A stretch of 64,000 nt of DNA. Origin: Marsupella aquatica (taxonomy: Eukaryota > Plantae > Marchantiophyta). The position numbers were made by a program, and so were the translations under genes. The stretch covers positions 6,021,139 through 6,085,138 of the forward strand of contig OZ316893.1 of assembly GCA_973895155.1 (NCBI GenBank), written 5' to 3'. The notes beneath the pieces are model-generated. The model searched no databases. It was not told the origin of the DNA and saw only the letters and a program-made list of their open reading frames with translations. Positions 49,130 to 61,872 of the stretch are shown here, in pieces; the stretch's first letter is position 1; every line of letters starts with the position of its first letter.

Positions 49130-50967
49130 AGTAAAACATGTCAGAAATTGAAATGTCAAAAATGGGCACTGGGGAATGGAGTTATTTAACGAATTGTTTT
49201 ATGCACAGTTTAAGAGTACAGTAATATGCCAGTCTTCTTCACACATTCAGGAAACCTTACTATTATTGGTGAAACCTGTTGGATCCAGATTGGAATGATG
49301 GACATTGGCACTTCAAAGGGCAGATAATAAAAACAACTGAAGGCACCGGGCAGCAATAACCAGCCATCAGTAGTTTATTTCCTTGAAGGAGTGGTTTTTT
49401 TTAATAGAGAAATTCAAGGGGAGAACAAAGGACACTATGCAAAGAGGGAGGAAGACCTGGGGTCGGCCTTCCTGCTGAAGCTTTAACAAGGACAGCAACA
49501 ACGACAGAGTCTAGTGAGTCAAGTTGGCAACCTCCACATGTTTCACCTTTTGAGTTTTTGCTATTGGTTCAGATACAATTTTGGTTATTTGGGCAACCCC
49601 TGCCATAAATCCTGAAATTGCACCACTTTTCTTTTTCTTTTTGATCATGCTAAATGTTGTTTACAGAAACTAAATGGAAAATGCAGTGTGCACATCCCCA
49701 GTGTGAGCAGAACTTTGTGGAGAGATATTAACAGACGACAACCCGTCCCCTCCATGAACGGAAACAAAAAGTAAGATACAACTTTGTCGTAACCTAGACT
49801 CTCGGCCATTGGATTGAATAAAACGAGCTTTAGACTGTTTCCTTAGTCCAAGAATGAAAATCTAAGTTTTCAGTGCTCACCAGAAAACTGAGCCTTTCTC
49901 TATAAGTCTTCAGTGTGTACACTATTTTTTCTTTGACTAGTGCACATGGTTGAGAACGGAAAAATACAAACACAACTGCAAAACCACCTTTTTAGGGTTG
50001 TTAAGTACCAGAGTGAGCGAAAAATAGTCCTTCAGTGGAATTGCTCCAATGTGCCTCCAAGTTGATCTCCCATCATATTTCTATTCATGTGGATTCCACA
50101 GGGTCTTTTCCCCAAATTCTATGTGACCATTTTGTTACCCGAGATATGCTTGATATGGCAACGCTAGCCTGGGTCTTATTAAACGATATCCCTGGAGTGG
50201 GTTAACCCATAATGATATTGACATTAATCATGTTCAAATACGAGCACTGACACAATTTTATGCTGTTAAACTTATTTCTTCGAGTGACAGATAAGAAGCT
50301 GAATCACCGACCACTAGTAAGGGTTAAGATAGCTATGCGTTGTGCGTTTTTGGATCTGGTCGTGCAATACTCCTTCACAAGTGTCCACAATGCCCAAGAG
50401 CCAAAGTTTTAATCCATAAATCTGCTGCATGGGCATGGGTGATGGAATTGAAAGAGCATATTGAAGGACAAATATTGTAAAATGATAAATAAAAAATCAG
50501 TCAGGGACAAAGCATAGACACAAAACAAATTCTCGAGGAATTTGAAGAGAAACAACTGTGAGGATGGACAATCACATATGACATTGAAGGAAGATATCTT
50601 GAAAAATCTCAGTTCAGAAGTCCATGAGAAAGGCAGCTCAAGTTGACAATCCGAGCTGAGCTCCCCTGGTAACTAAACTCTTGCAATCAGGAAAATATTG
50701 TTTCTTTGGTTAGGTGTAGCACTCGAAGGAGTAGAGTCATAACCCGCTAATGAGTTTAATCTGACAGAAAGCTAGGCTTTGACCCATGTGCAGCTACCCA
50801 GCCTTGTAGCAGATATAGAATGTGCAAAGATGGTCTGGGTTCACAGAAAGGTCAACATGGGAACGTTTGTTGTTAATACAGGATCCAGAAAGTGCGCACC
50901 TTGTAACTTTCCGATGTGTTGTCTGACTCCCTTCGAGTGTTTCTAGGTAAGGATATTTTTTCCTCAT

Positions 50968-53221
50968 CTACTGGCTCGTCCTTAATCTCCACTCTTTTAA
51001 TCTCTCGAGCAAAAATAAACTATGCTGCTGTGTTTCCAAATCAGATGACGATGTTGAAAGGGTGTCTACAAAAGGCTGAACACCGGCTTTATGCAATGCC
51101 TCCACTGCAGCATCTGCCAAATGGATGCAAAAAAAGTCAAGTATGAATTTCAATGAGCACAATATTCATGTAATCGACATTGCGGACGTCGTCTTTTGCT
51201 TGTAAGGCCGGTGAAGTGAGATATAACGTGGTGATCAGTCCGCTACACGGAAACGATCCATGCTCTCAGCGAGAACTTCTTCTTGGCTCCAAGTTTTTAG
51301 CATTGTTAAGGCCTCAACCAACCAGCTCAGTGCCTCATTAACAAACTAGAGAGACGAGTGTTGTTCCCTCACCACATGCTGATAGACTTGCCAAAGCCTT
51401 TGCTGCTTCTCTGCGGGTATCATCATCCGAAGCTACTTCAAGCATATTTACCAATGCTCCCACTCCTCCGGCATCCACTATCTTCAGTCTTCGTTGATCT
51501 GCAAACCCAAAATGCAAAGCACTTCTTATCGCTGCTCTATGTTTTCCAGTAGAATTTAACACTCAAAACACATAAACCAGGTTCGTCTGCGTGGTCCTTG
51601 AAGGGTCCTGCAGAGCTTGGTCAGTGAACTCTCTGCCTCAAGATTTTCAAACCGCTTATTTTAACAAGTTTTGGTAGCCCCTCTGTTCTCGACGTTACAC
51701 CAACAATTGCATCTCATCCTCTCAGATATCGAGTGCACATCGTGCGACTTCATATCGTAAGGAAGCATTGCTGGAGTACACAAACAACTCATAAATTTCC
51801 ACCAAAGATTCATCAAGTGTAATTATGCTACAAGATTCGGAAGCACCACAAGCTTCAGTAGACTGAGGGGTTTTGCTCTCCACACAGACACACACGGCTT
51901 GGGAAAAAGCTGTGTTCCATTCAACATGAAAAATCGGTTGCACCAGTGCCTATTCCTCTCAGAAGTTTTCCAAACAATAAACGGAAGAATCTATCAAATT
52001 GGAAATTGTAAATACTTTCCTCACCAACTAATAATTGAGCTATCTGAATAATGTACACAAAACTCATTGGAAGACCTTTGCTGCACAATGAAGTAAGAAC
52101 TTAGGTTTTTCACCGATAGATACAACAAAAGCAAAGCAGAAAGAGAGCCTGTACTAACCATCTGTAGCAATCAAGGTCAATCTCGATGCCCCGCTACGCT
52201 TGAACATTGGATCCTTCGCACGCAAGAGTGCCACGGAATGCTTCACCAAGCTATCTCCTGCGCACCATGCCGGCCACATTTTAGGAAACGCTTCACAGTT
52301 TCTGGACAACGAGATCAAAGTACTGCCGGATTTGAACATTACCCATAAGAGGGTACACGTTGAGCCCCACGTAGGTGAACGTTAATGCGGCAAGTGCCTT
52401 AAGCATCCATCCTGCCTTCTTCTCGGTCTCTTGGTCTGAAGATTCAACATCTGCACTCAGAGCACAGAGACATTGAACAGCGCCAACAAGAGGGAAGTAT
52501 CTCTAAGTAGACGAACAGCTTTCCATGACTAGGGTTAAAGCAACTATAGTCCGAGAAAGACTTGGAAGGCTAAGGAAACCTTAGAGCACACGGGAATGCG
52601 AGTCATCGTTCCAGATCTTCTAAAGTCAATGCAAACAACAAGGTAACCAAAGGCAGGAATTGTAAATGTACAATGTCGAAGACATATGAATTTAAAACCA
52701 TACCTGCAGTTTCTACTGCCCTCGAGAAGGTCCGCAATCGTCCTGCGTAGACGCCATTGTTCAGCTGCCACAAAATGTTGGGTCATTTTCAAATTTAGGC
52801 AAAAAGCGCAAAACACTGTTTCGATTGAGACATGATTAGTTGCTCATGACGTCCCCAATTTTAAACCTAAAATTAACTTCCAACATGGACTCTGCAGTTC
52901 AGGTGACACAAAATGTTGGATCCTTCACACCATTAGGAAAATAGAGGGAAGGACTTTTCGAACACGAGCTCAGTTCAACCGACATTGAGACATAATTGAT
53001 TGCCCTAGATGTGCGCCAATACTTGAATTTGATGTTGAGTATTCTGGTGCCCCATTCCGAAACCACAGCATAAAAGACATATTACCGGTACAGAGAAAGG
53101 CAGAGCTGCTCAACACGGAAGCAAGTGGAAGAGAGCTTACCAGATTGGCATTGGGGGAACGTTGCTGTGCGCCTAATGACCGTACCAAGGCACGAGCGAG
53201 GAGTCTATGGCTGCTCCCCAT
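50968..53221 (-). CDS. ARM-repeat-like protein with predicted mitochondrial presequence and one hydrophobic segment; 6 exons (approx. 53221-53141, 52764-52704, 52450-52343, 52257-52159, 51498-51373, 51113-50968)
   Basis: Spliced frame: MGSSHRLLARALVRSL...GRLRTFSRAVETADVESS...AGWMLKALAALTFTYVGLNVYPLMGDSLVKHSVALLRAKDPMFKRSGASRL...RRLKIVDAGGVGALVNML...EAAKALASL...AVEALHKAG. GT-AG junctions are in phase. Confidence 0.82.
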
Positions 53222-53681
53222 CCTTGCTCTGTCCTGGGGCCGGTCCTTCACTCGTCTCCTCGGTTTCTGTCACTAGAATCGGACCTCATATTCATGTCAC
53301 AAGTTCACAATTCGCACGAGATCTTTGAAGATGAGAATCCCATTCAACCGCGTCAAAAACTCCTCCAAGCCAGAATCGCGGCAGTAGCACACAGATCGCA
53401 TAATTTTCATTGCCGGGAGACCTCGTTGGCCCACTCCCGAAAGCCCAGGAATTTCGCATTGACGATTTCTTTGTAACTAAAATGGAAATTTCACTGCAGG
53501 GTAAACCTAAAACCATTCAAACAAATATGCCAACAAATTTGTGCCCCAAGTGACAGGGATGCTCTGGGAAAGCTCAAAAGCAATTGGACAAGTCATTCGT
53601 TCGGCTGTTAGCAACATTACATCGTTGGAGACCCTCAACTTTACAAGATTGGCAACTGAAGAGGGTGACATTAGGGCAGGG

Positions 53682-53702
53682 TTTAGGGTTTAGGGTTTAG
53701 GG
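53682..53702 (+). repeat. Interstitial plant telomere repeat (TTTAGGG)3 / telo-box
   Basis: Three perfect TTTAGGG units ~460 bp upstream of the ARM-gene ATG. Confidence 0.85.
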
Positions 53703-54390
53703 TTTTTTTAATTATTATTATTTTTTAAATTTATTTTTTAATGCATCCAGTCTGTAGTCCAGCAGTTGATCAACCCAAGGAATGTGTCTGTCAGTAGTAG
53801 ACTAGGTCAGCTTTAGCCCAAGTTTTGAGGGACTATTGTGATTGTCCCCCTCATTCATTTATGTAACCCAACCAAGAGCAACGAGCCAAAGAACCCCAAA
53901 CTCACATAAGACTCGTCCACAACAGCAAACTAAGATCTAAAACCCAACTGAGGGGTAAACTGATTGTTTGCTTGCTGCAACGGAAGAGAATGACGTTGTG
54001 AGCTAGAGCAGCCTTTTGTGCTTACAAGTCACGTCTCAAACTGATCGTCCTCTTCATTGGCATACTTGAGGGGAGGCACTCTTGTTCCATCTACAGACCT
54101 TCAAACTCTTGATGACACCAGTGTTGACCTAACCTGAGACTTTTGTGTTCAGTATTGTCACTCTTTAGTAGCTGTAAATTGAATCCTGTCTCTGACTAGT
54201 CCAATAGATTTGCAGAAACCGGGAGAAAAAAAAATTCCTATCATCCCTTCTGTCAGTCCACACCCTCTCGTTCATGAATTGCAGAAAAATGACCAGAGTG
54301 TAAGCATCCAATTTAAATCAAACAACATGCCCTGGCATATATATAGGAAGGCGACTTGGATGGCAAAAAGCAGAAATTGACATTGGACAG

Positions 54391-54666
54391 CAGCGTATTT
54401 TTTAAGGATTTCACTTTTTAGCCAGAGTGGCGAATGTAAAGTGTGTGAGGGAGAAGATGCTCCAAAGATTCCCTATTCAATTATTTTCCTGATTGTCAGA
54501 TCTCCCTAGATTTAAGGCTGACCGTTAGATTCTGGCTAATGGGGCCTGGGATTAGGTGAAACACTGGCTAATGAGCCAGCAAAATAGTAGCAAATTTTTG
54601 CCAAAAGTGGCAATAGATTTTTGGGGAAGTGGAATCTAGCAAATTTTCCCCTCTAAAAAAACACTG
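54391..54666. mobile_element. hAT-type MITE (276 bp)
   Basis: Imperfect TIRs CAGCGTATTTTTTA / TAAAAAAACACTG; perfect 8-bp TSD TTGGACAG (54383-54390, 54667-54674). Confidence 0.8.
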
Positions 54667-55588
54667 TTGGACAGTCCAAATGTGTTAAAAAATTGAAAAC
54701 AAAATACCTGACATCATCAATCCACCCACAGTCCCATGATGTGTTCTATGATTTGTTGGACTAGTTCTTGGAAAGTGACACAGGTGGGGGAACCACTTAT
54801 AATGTTCAAATTGGATGACAAAAACTGAGAATTTCCTCTGTAAAATTCAACTGCATTGCATCAATGGAAATCAGTTTGTAAACCTCCTCCCCTTTCTCCC
54901 TTTAGCAGTTCTTAAACTCAATTAGAGAGGTAGTCCCTTGAAATGTCCTTAGTGTTCTATCAGAGTTGTGTCCATCAGCATTTAATATGATCATGTGCAC
55001 AATCAGGTCTCTGGTCGTGACCCACATCTCCTCCCCACCCACAATCAGGCCCACTTCGTGCCTTCTCTGTAACTATCCTTAGTGCATGTAGATTTTTCAC
55101 TTGGACCATCTTTTGTATCAACAACAACACTTTTGTAACAACGTGCAATTTTTTCTTGACCATCTTCTGCATCAACAATACAGGTAACGGGACAGGTAAG
55201 TAATGTTTTTTACTCTTGCTCCCTCACCCAACACTCCCTTGCATCTCACTTTGGTGCTTCTCTCACCCTCATTGTCTTGCAGTCAGCTCCCCCTCTCTCC
55301 AGGCTAACCCCTGCCATTGCACAAATAACAGTTTTGCAATGACCTTGTTTCACACAAGTGGAACATTTTACAATGCTCCTTGTTTGATCATCTTTCACAT
55401 TGACAACATTGTGTGCACATTCTTTTTCGACTTCCTTTTCCACCGCCAATGAAAACACAACAACGCTTTTGCAAGGATAGCATGACCACAACAATAACAT
55501 GATTGCAATAAAATTGCATGGGCATTTGGCTACTCATTATTACCATGGTAGTGCAACTTTGGGTGGATAGTTGGAGGCCTCCCGGTAA

Positions 55589-55835
55589 TCAACAACTATA
55601 ATAAGGGATCTTGTGTTTTTTCATCCTTCATCCCAATACAAAAAAGTTCTTGGGCAGGAAAGATCCACAACCCTAAACCCTTTGACCCTTTGATTGTTTT
55701 CCCTGACCATTGATGGAAGAAATGGGCACCCCTGGTGCAGATGTATTTCCCCGCGCTTCCCCATAAATGCCCCTGCCGGACTCCCTATGGACCTGTCCTC
55801 CTTTACACGGTGAGTTTGCACAGGCATAGGGCTCG
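55589..55835 (+). mobile_element. Possible miniature Helitron remnant
   Basis: Start A|TCAACAACTATAATAA and end TGCACAGGCATAGGGCTCG|T resemble both ends of the 4982-26715 element; the terminal CTAG is altered to CTCG. Confidence 0.4.
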
Positions 55836-55981
55836 TTACACATAAAAAAACCAACAACCACACATCTACTTAGAATAACACTCAACTATTTTAAAACAAT
55901 AATTGGGATTTTCATGCTATGGAAAATTACTCCACTCTCTACAGTCACATTTTGATCTGCAATTGCCTCTCCATCCATATT

Positions 55982-56110
55982 GAGAATCACGTACTCTCGT
56001 CTCTTTTCGTGCCTCGCGATCCATGTTCAGCTTGCATCACGTACTCTCGTGTCGTTTCGCGCCTCTCGATCCATCTTCAGCTCGAATCACGTACTCTGGT
56101 CTCGTTTCGT
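55982..56110. repeat. Tandem triplication (~50-bp unit)
   Basis: atcacgtactct(c/g)gt(c/g)tc x3 with cgatccat..tcagct spacers. Confidence 0.8.
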
Positions 56111-56794
56111 GATCATTAGTGCCGTAGTGGAGGACAAAGACGGTCCACTCCTCTTCTTTACTCCCTCCGTCTATCGTCTCCTTACTCGCCCGTGCAGCAG
56201 CATGACCAGCGTCGCAAACGGAGATGCCTGATGAAGTGATGAATGAATATTTTCTCGCCATCAATACTGCGCAGAAGTGAAGTATATAATAATAAGCTGT
56301 CCTGACTGGACTAGCTGCGCTACTCATTACCCTTCCGTCAATTTCGGGTAGTCGTGCTTTTGCGTTACAATTGCATTGCAGCGATGCAATGCAATGGGTC
56401 CGGCAATGATCGACCTGGGCCTGAAGGTGCAGTGGCATCACATCACGTATAAAGCTTGATGTGCATTTACTAGAAACGCTGGATTGCTAGCCCCAAGGCA
56501 CTTCCATTAACCGCTACAACACTTTCTGGTAAATGCACATCCAAAAGCAGCACTTTGGTACCTTCCCACGAATCCCACAGCACTGAAACCCTTTTTGTAA
56601 ACCATAAAAAAGCAGCACTGTGGTACGTACGTTCCCACATGTTGGAAAGATTTTCCATACGACCATGAACTCAATTGCTCTTTCTACGCTGGCTGATGCT
56701 TTTTGATGTGCAGTGACGGTGACGCGCGATCCAGTAGAGAGATGTGCTAGCTGATGAGACGAGTGGATTCGGGAGGGTACGAGAGGAGATCTGC

Positions 56795-56944
56795 TCGCTG
56801 CTGGCAGTGGGTTGTTCTACGGTCTCTATCGTCATCATAAGGTCAGGACACTGATCCGTTTGACTGCGTTCACTGGCTAGCTGGCGATGGGTGCTCTACG
56901 GTCTCTACCGTCATCATAAGGTCAGGAAGATGATCCGTTTGACC
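56795..56944. repeat. Tandem duplication (~80-bp unit)
   Basis: ctacggtctcta(t/c)cgtcatcataaggtcagga...tgatccgtttgac x2. Confidence 0.8.
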
Positions 56945-59343
56945 TTCGTCAACGAGGTCGCTTATTTTCTACGCACACAGTAGCACACTCTGCTGTAGGC
57001 TGCTGGAACATGCATAAATGCTACCTGCATGTTCCCTAAATCGGGTCTGTCGAGAGTGGAGTGGAAGGGGCTGGAAGGGACTGGAAGGAGTGAAGTGAGA
57101 GAGTTCTAGAAATAGGTTTACCACTATCACACGAATTGACATCCCAATCTTCGGTTGCTTCCGATCATTCTATTTTCATTCTGCTGCCGCCCGCCTCCAC
57201 CGGAGCAAGCTAGCAAGCGAGCAGCGAGGTACAGATGAGCAGCCAGGGGTAGTTCGCGTAGCGGATGGATGGTTGACTAGTAATAAGGGTGTCGCTTGTC
57301 ATCTGGCTATGTTGGGTCCGGATTGCGTTGCGGGAGTACCACGGTCAGGTGTTACTTGTTACTAGTACGACTGGCGGCGTGCAGAGGGGTGTGGAACAGC
57401 ACGGTGCTTCGTGGTGTGCACTTTGCAGCAGCAGATCTCGCTTCGTCTCACTGTCAAAAGTGACGCGCATTGTTGTCATGTGATCAGCTGGACAACGAAA
57501 GCTGTTTGGAAACGAACGGGCTCGTCTCACCCACCACGAGAAGCACGTCAGCTGCAGTGCTTGTTTCTCTCAATCGATAGCCCCAGCTGCAGTGTCTTCG
57601 TCTTGCCTGGCTGCGTTGCCTTTGCAACAGAGTGCGGTCTTCTCATATCATATCATTCAGCATGGTTGATTATTAGCTAAGCTGTACAGGGATCCTGTCC
57701 TCATCCTGCCGCCCTGAGTGGGAGGGACGAGTTTGGTTTGAACTGCACAGTGGCCAGCCTCCCACAGTTGTGAGCGAGTGATTCTATCTGTCAAAACGAT
57801 CTGTTGTGGGACCTTCTCTAGACATCATTGACTGGACTCGAAGGTACCAGATTTGCTCTCTTCTCTTTTTGTGTCTGCTGATCAAGAGTGAGCTGGCAAG
57901 CAAGCGTCTCGATCTGTATGCAAGTTTATTTGTTTACCCCCCTCTCTCTTCACGTGGAACTAGCAGAATGAATGAGGAGGTGATCCGGTGCCTTCCTGCG
58001 TTCTGGCACCGAGTTTCTTTTCGGTGATCAGTCAGGCTGGAGCCAAGAAATCTGTAGTATTCAAGAAACGACCACACCCATTGCTACATGAATGGTAGAC
58101 TAACTCATCACAAGCGATAGAGAGGCATTGCGAGAGGTCTTTAGTGACCAGGGGATGTATTCGGGGCGTTGCTTTATTGTACATGAGAGTGACCATGGAG
58201 AGCAAGTTCAAGTCGACGCGTAGAAACAAGATTCTTTGTCCGAAATTTACAGTCAGGTTTGGGGATCATCAAATTGAGAATTTATGCCAGTAAGTACGTA
58301 TAGCGGAGGTTGAAAGATTGAAGCATTTATCGAGTTCGGGTGAAATGTCAAAGCAAAGGGAATTTCCGCATCAAAGTGCCGAGGGGCGCTGATCGCAAAC
58401 TGCTGTATTCCATTTACATTTTTCTCCGAGTCTACGACAATTCAGACGCCTCCAAGATTACCAAAAGAAAATTGAATAGTATACACTCCACTCTTAACTT
58501 ACTTTTATTTGAAATGAGTAGCAACTGGGGATCATTAATATCCATCCGAGGGAATCTCTGTCCCGCAGAATCGGTCCTAGTTTGTTGATGTAGCTGCTAT
58601 ACCCATTGAGTCGTTCCTCAAACCTTCCCTTCTTATTGTTTGAGATATGTTGTTGCATGTCTTCGCATGCCTTTCCAGTTCAATCCTACGAAACTGTCTT
58701 TGGCAGAGCTGTTGGTACGGTCTGGTTCTACACTCGAGCCTTCGCTGGTTCTTGACGACTTTGAATGATGTCTGACGTTGTTTGCGAGGACGTCCAGAAT
58801 AGCTGGGGAAAATAGCGGGGAAGGAATGCTTTTCCATGAGAATCTCATCGCGTTGTGAGTTGGTCGGCAACTAGTACTCTCATTCAATGTCTTCACGACT
58901 AACGGCAGGGAATTTGATTTCGTAAAATAATTTACCAATCAGTTGGAAATCATGAGACAACACCATGTAGCCCATCTAAGTGAAATCATAACTCTCTGGT
59001 TTACATTCATTTTCCTTAAATTGTGGAGGAGGCTGGCATGGTAGAGGAGGGCATTGACTGAAAAGCTAAGGGAGAGATTTTTAGACTTCTCCGTTGTATA
59101 GTGCCAGTGGTAAGGAACGAAAGTCCTCTCGGCTACACGTAGTGCCCAGCGACAACCTTTTCTTGTCATGTTTGTGCTTTTGGCCTTGTAATGGAATATG
59201 GAGCTTTGTTGAATCACGACAGAGAAGGGCAATACTTTTACAAATGTGTGAATGAATGACTGGCAGGTGGCTACAACTCTGGACACTTGCTAATAAACTC
59301 GTCTTATTTCGAATGAAATGGCAGAGTTTCCGTGCGGGGCAGT

Positions 59344-59649
59344 ATGGACTGGCAAGGGCAAACCCAGTCGGAGCATGTCATGCAATTTATGTTACTGGGG
59401 TCGGCGCTGGTTGCGTTCTGCACTGGATACGTCATGTCTTCCTATCGAATAATGGTGACGATTTACTTCATTGGGGCCGGGATCACTTTGCTTGCTACGG
59501 TGACAGACTGGGCCTACTTCAATCGACATCCGTTGGAATGGTGGGAACCTCGTTACGATGACATTCCCAGCACTAGAGAGTTGCGGTTGAAGCAGAAGCA
59601 ACAGCCACACCAACCATTTAAATTAGTCAATCCTTACGCCAGAAGTTGA
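59344..59649 (+). CDS. SPCS1: Signal peptidase complex subunit 1 (SPC12), 101 aa, single coding exon
   Basis: MDWQGQ start, two hydrophobic helices and the DW.YFNRHPLEW motif typical of SPC12. An AG acceptor lies just before the ATG, suggesting a 5' UTR intron. Confidence 0.93.
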   Translation: MDWQGQTQSEHVMQFMLLGSALVAFCTGYVMSSYRIMVTIYFIGAGITLLATVTDWAYFNRHPLEWWEPRYDDIPSTRELRLKQKQQPHQPFKLVNPYARS

Positions 59650-61249
59650 TGCATGGCTCCTCTGCATGCTCCTTGGACGCCAATTGGAACGGTCTCCCAA
59701 TGGCATCGTTGAATCGACAATCTGAAGTTATATCCTCAAGCAAGGCAACGTACTTGAATTGGCGGCAGGGGATATACAAATCACACTGCCACAGGACAAA
59801 AACGTCAAACCTGGAGACATGATCTTCCCCACCGTGGCGTTTCTCCAGGCCCTAGAGTGGAAGTATTCGTTTATAAAGATCTGTATTCTTTGGAATTCCT
59901 CAGGAATGTAATGTACCGGTGGAGAGAACGATCTCAACTGTCTGTTGAGAAGAGCACAGTTCGCGTTGAATTTACCTTGGCAATGCTGAAGAAGAGATTT
60001 AGTCCGACAGATATCGATGCATTACATTTGTGTTTAGCGTGCTTCCTTATTCTTGCTCGTGAATCTGCTGCCAGAGATCTGGCCTAGATCAGAGTATGGC
60101 AATTATAGAATAATCGTGGATAGCAATCTTCACGTTCCAGTTTCCCGATTACATGTTCCGTTTAGCTTCGTGCAGGAGGTTGCTTCCCACCAAACCTATT
60201 GTACTTAATCAGTACAGGAGCTTTCCACAGTACTGAAAAGCATCAGAATAGGAACTGGAGAGGTTGAAATCTGATAATAACGTGGATGTGCTTCCAGGGC
60301 ATTGCCAATGTAAATCAGTGGAGAAATATAATGCTGCTTTCTCTCTAAGTGCACACTCCCGAGAAGGAGCATGAGCTTCTTCTGTAGGCTCAACCAGGGT
60401 TTGCACTATGTGAAAAGGGCAAACCTTAACTCTCTATAAGAAGCATCAGCGTCTTGTGTAGGCCCAAAAAGGGGGTTTGCGCTTGTGATATCGGCAAAGT
60501 TGTAGAATTGTGCACTTATCTACAAGAGCGCATCCTCTATCAGTGAGCAACCGAATTGTGCACTTGTGCCCCTTAAATTTGGTGTCAAACTCCAGAAGGT
60601 TTTTACTCTACTTAAAGGCATGCACTTATCAGAAGGTGCAACTTGATGGGGTTGTGGATAAGTGGACATTTACACTTGTAAAGATATCTTATAGTGAAAA
60701 TATTTCAGGCCTATTTGCACTTACAGAAGATGCAAAAAAAGTGCTAACTTGGTGAAAAGGATAGAAGAGGGGTACCTGGCAGTTAGTCAAGTTTTGCACT
60801 TAGGTGTTTGCTATGTGGTACATCTCATTCACACTTTCAAGCCCAATTTTTTGGGTTATTGTTCAGGTTTTGATTTTGGGTTATGCGGTTTATCTTCTTT
60901 GTTTTTCTTTCCAGTTTTGAAATTACTAGACCCCTAACTCCCTTATGTTTTTTCATTTCTTTCTCTAGGGACCCTTCGATAATCCTTTCTGCTTTTTTAC
61001 TATGTATCTACTTTCTAATATTTTCCTTTTCATGCCGTTGAATCTTTAGGGCAGGGCTAAAAGTCCCAACAACCACCAATATGCTACAGAATAGTGCTGC
61101 CTGTAATGTTCTTGATATAATATCAACTTTAGAAATCTTTATGACTCTATATCTGTAAGACCCTCCAATCCTTCTCTGATGCACACAATTCGAGACTGGG
61201 CATCGATTCTACCATTGTTCACGACTTGAAACTTTGCAATAAATTGATA

Positions 61250-61831
61250 CAGCTTTTTATCAACCTGTCCCCCTAACTTGTTGAAATTATTCCTAAGCTA
61301 TCCCCCAAATGATTTTATTTACTTCCCTGCCTCCAATTCTGTATTTCGAATAATATTTTCTCATCTTTGGGGTTCTGGATGCCAGGTGGCAAGGCATCAT
61401 TGGCCCGGATGTTTCTGGCCAAGTACTGCTTCTCCCTGCCCGACTGCTGCTTGCCCCCTCCCCGCCGCGGCCCGTTTTGATGGAACGGGCTTTGCTTCAG
61501 ACCCGGGAGGAGGCCAACCCCCCCCCCCACACACACAAACCTCCGCTCCCCCTAAGCCCTTGTGAACCCCGGACCTCCGCTCCCCCTAAAACCTCCCGAA
61601 GCCCTGACCTCCCATCGCAGCCCGAGTACACAGGAGAACGCAGCATTGAGCCCCGTTTTTACAAAGGAAAAAAAGTGCAGGCCAATGATGCCTTGCCACC
61701 TGGCATCCAGAACCCCAAAATGAGAGAATGCTATTCCATATATGGAATGGGGGGCAGGGAAGTAAATAAAATGGTTTGTGGGACAGCTTACAAATTTCAA
61801 CAAGTTAGGGGGACAGGTTGATAAAAAGCTG
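61250..61831. mobile_element. Mutator-like MITE (582 bp) with ~155-bp TIRs
   Basis: cagctttttatcaacctgtccccctaacttgttgaaatt...ggcatcattggcc is inverted at 61680-61831; 10-bp TSD TAAATTGATA (61240-61249, 61832-61841). Confidence 0.88.
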
Positions 61832-61872
61832 TAAATTGATAATCAAATTTATTGTTTTCTATGTCATTCTTA

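Noticed and set aside
56159-56171. TA-CTCCCTCCGTC Stowaway-like TIR
   Set aside because: No partner inverted repeat found nearby.
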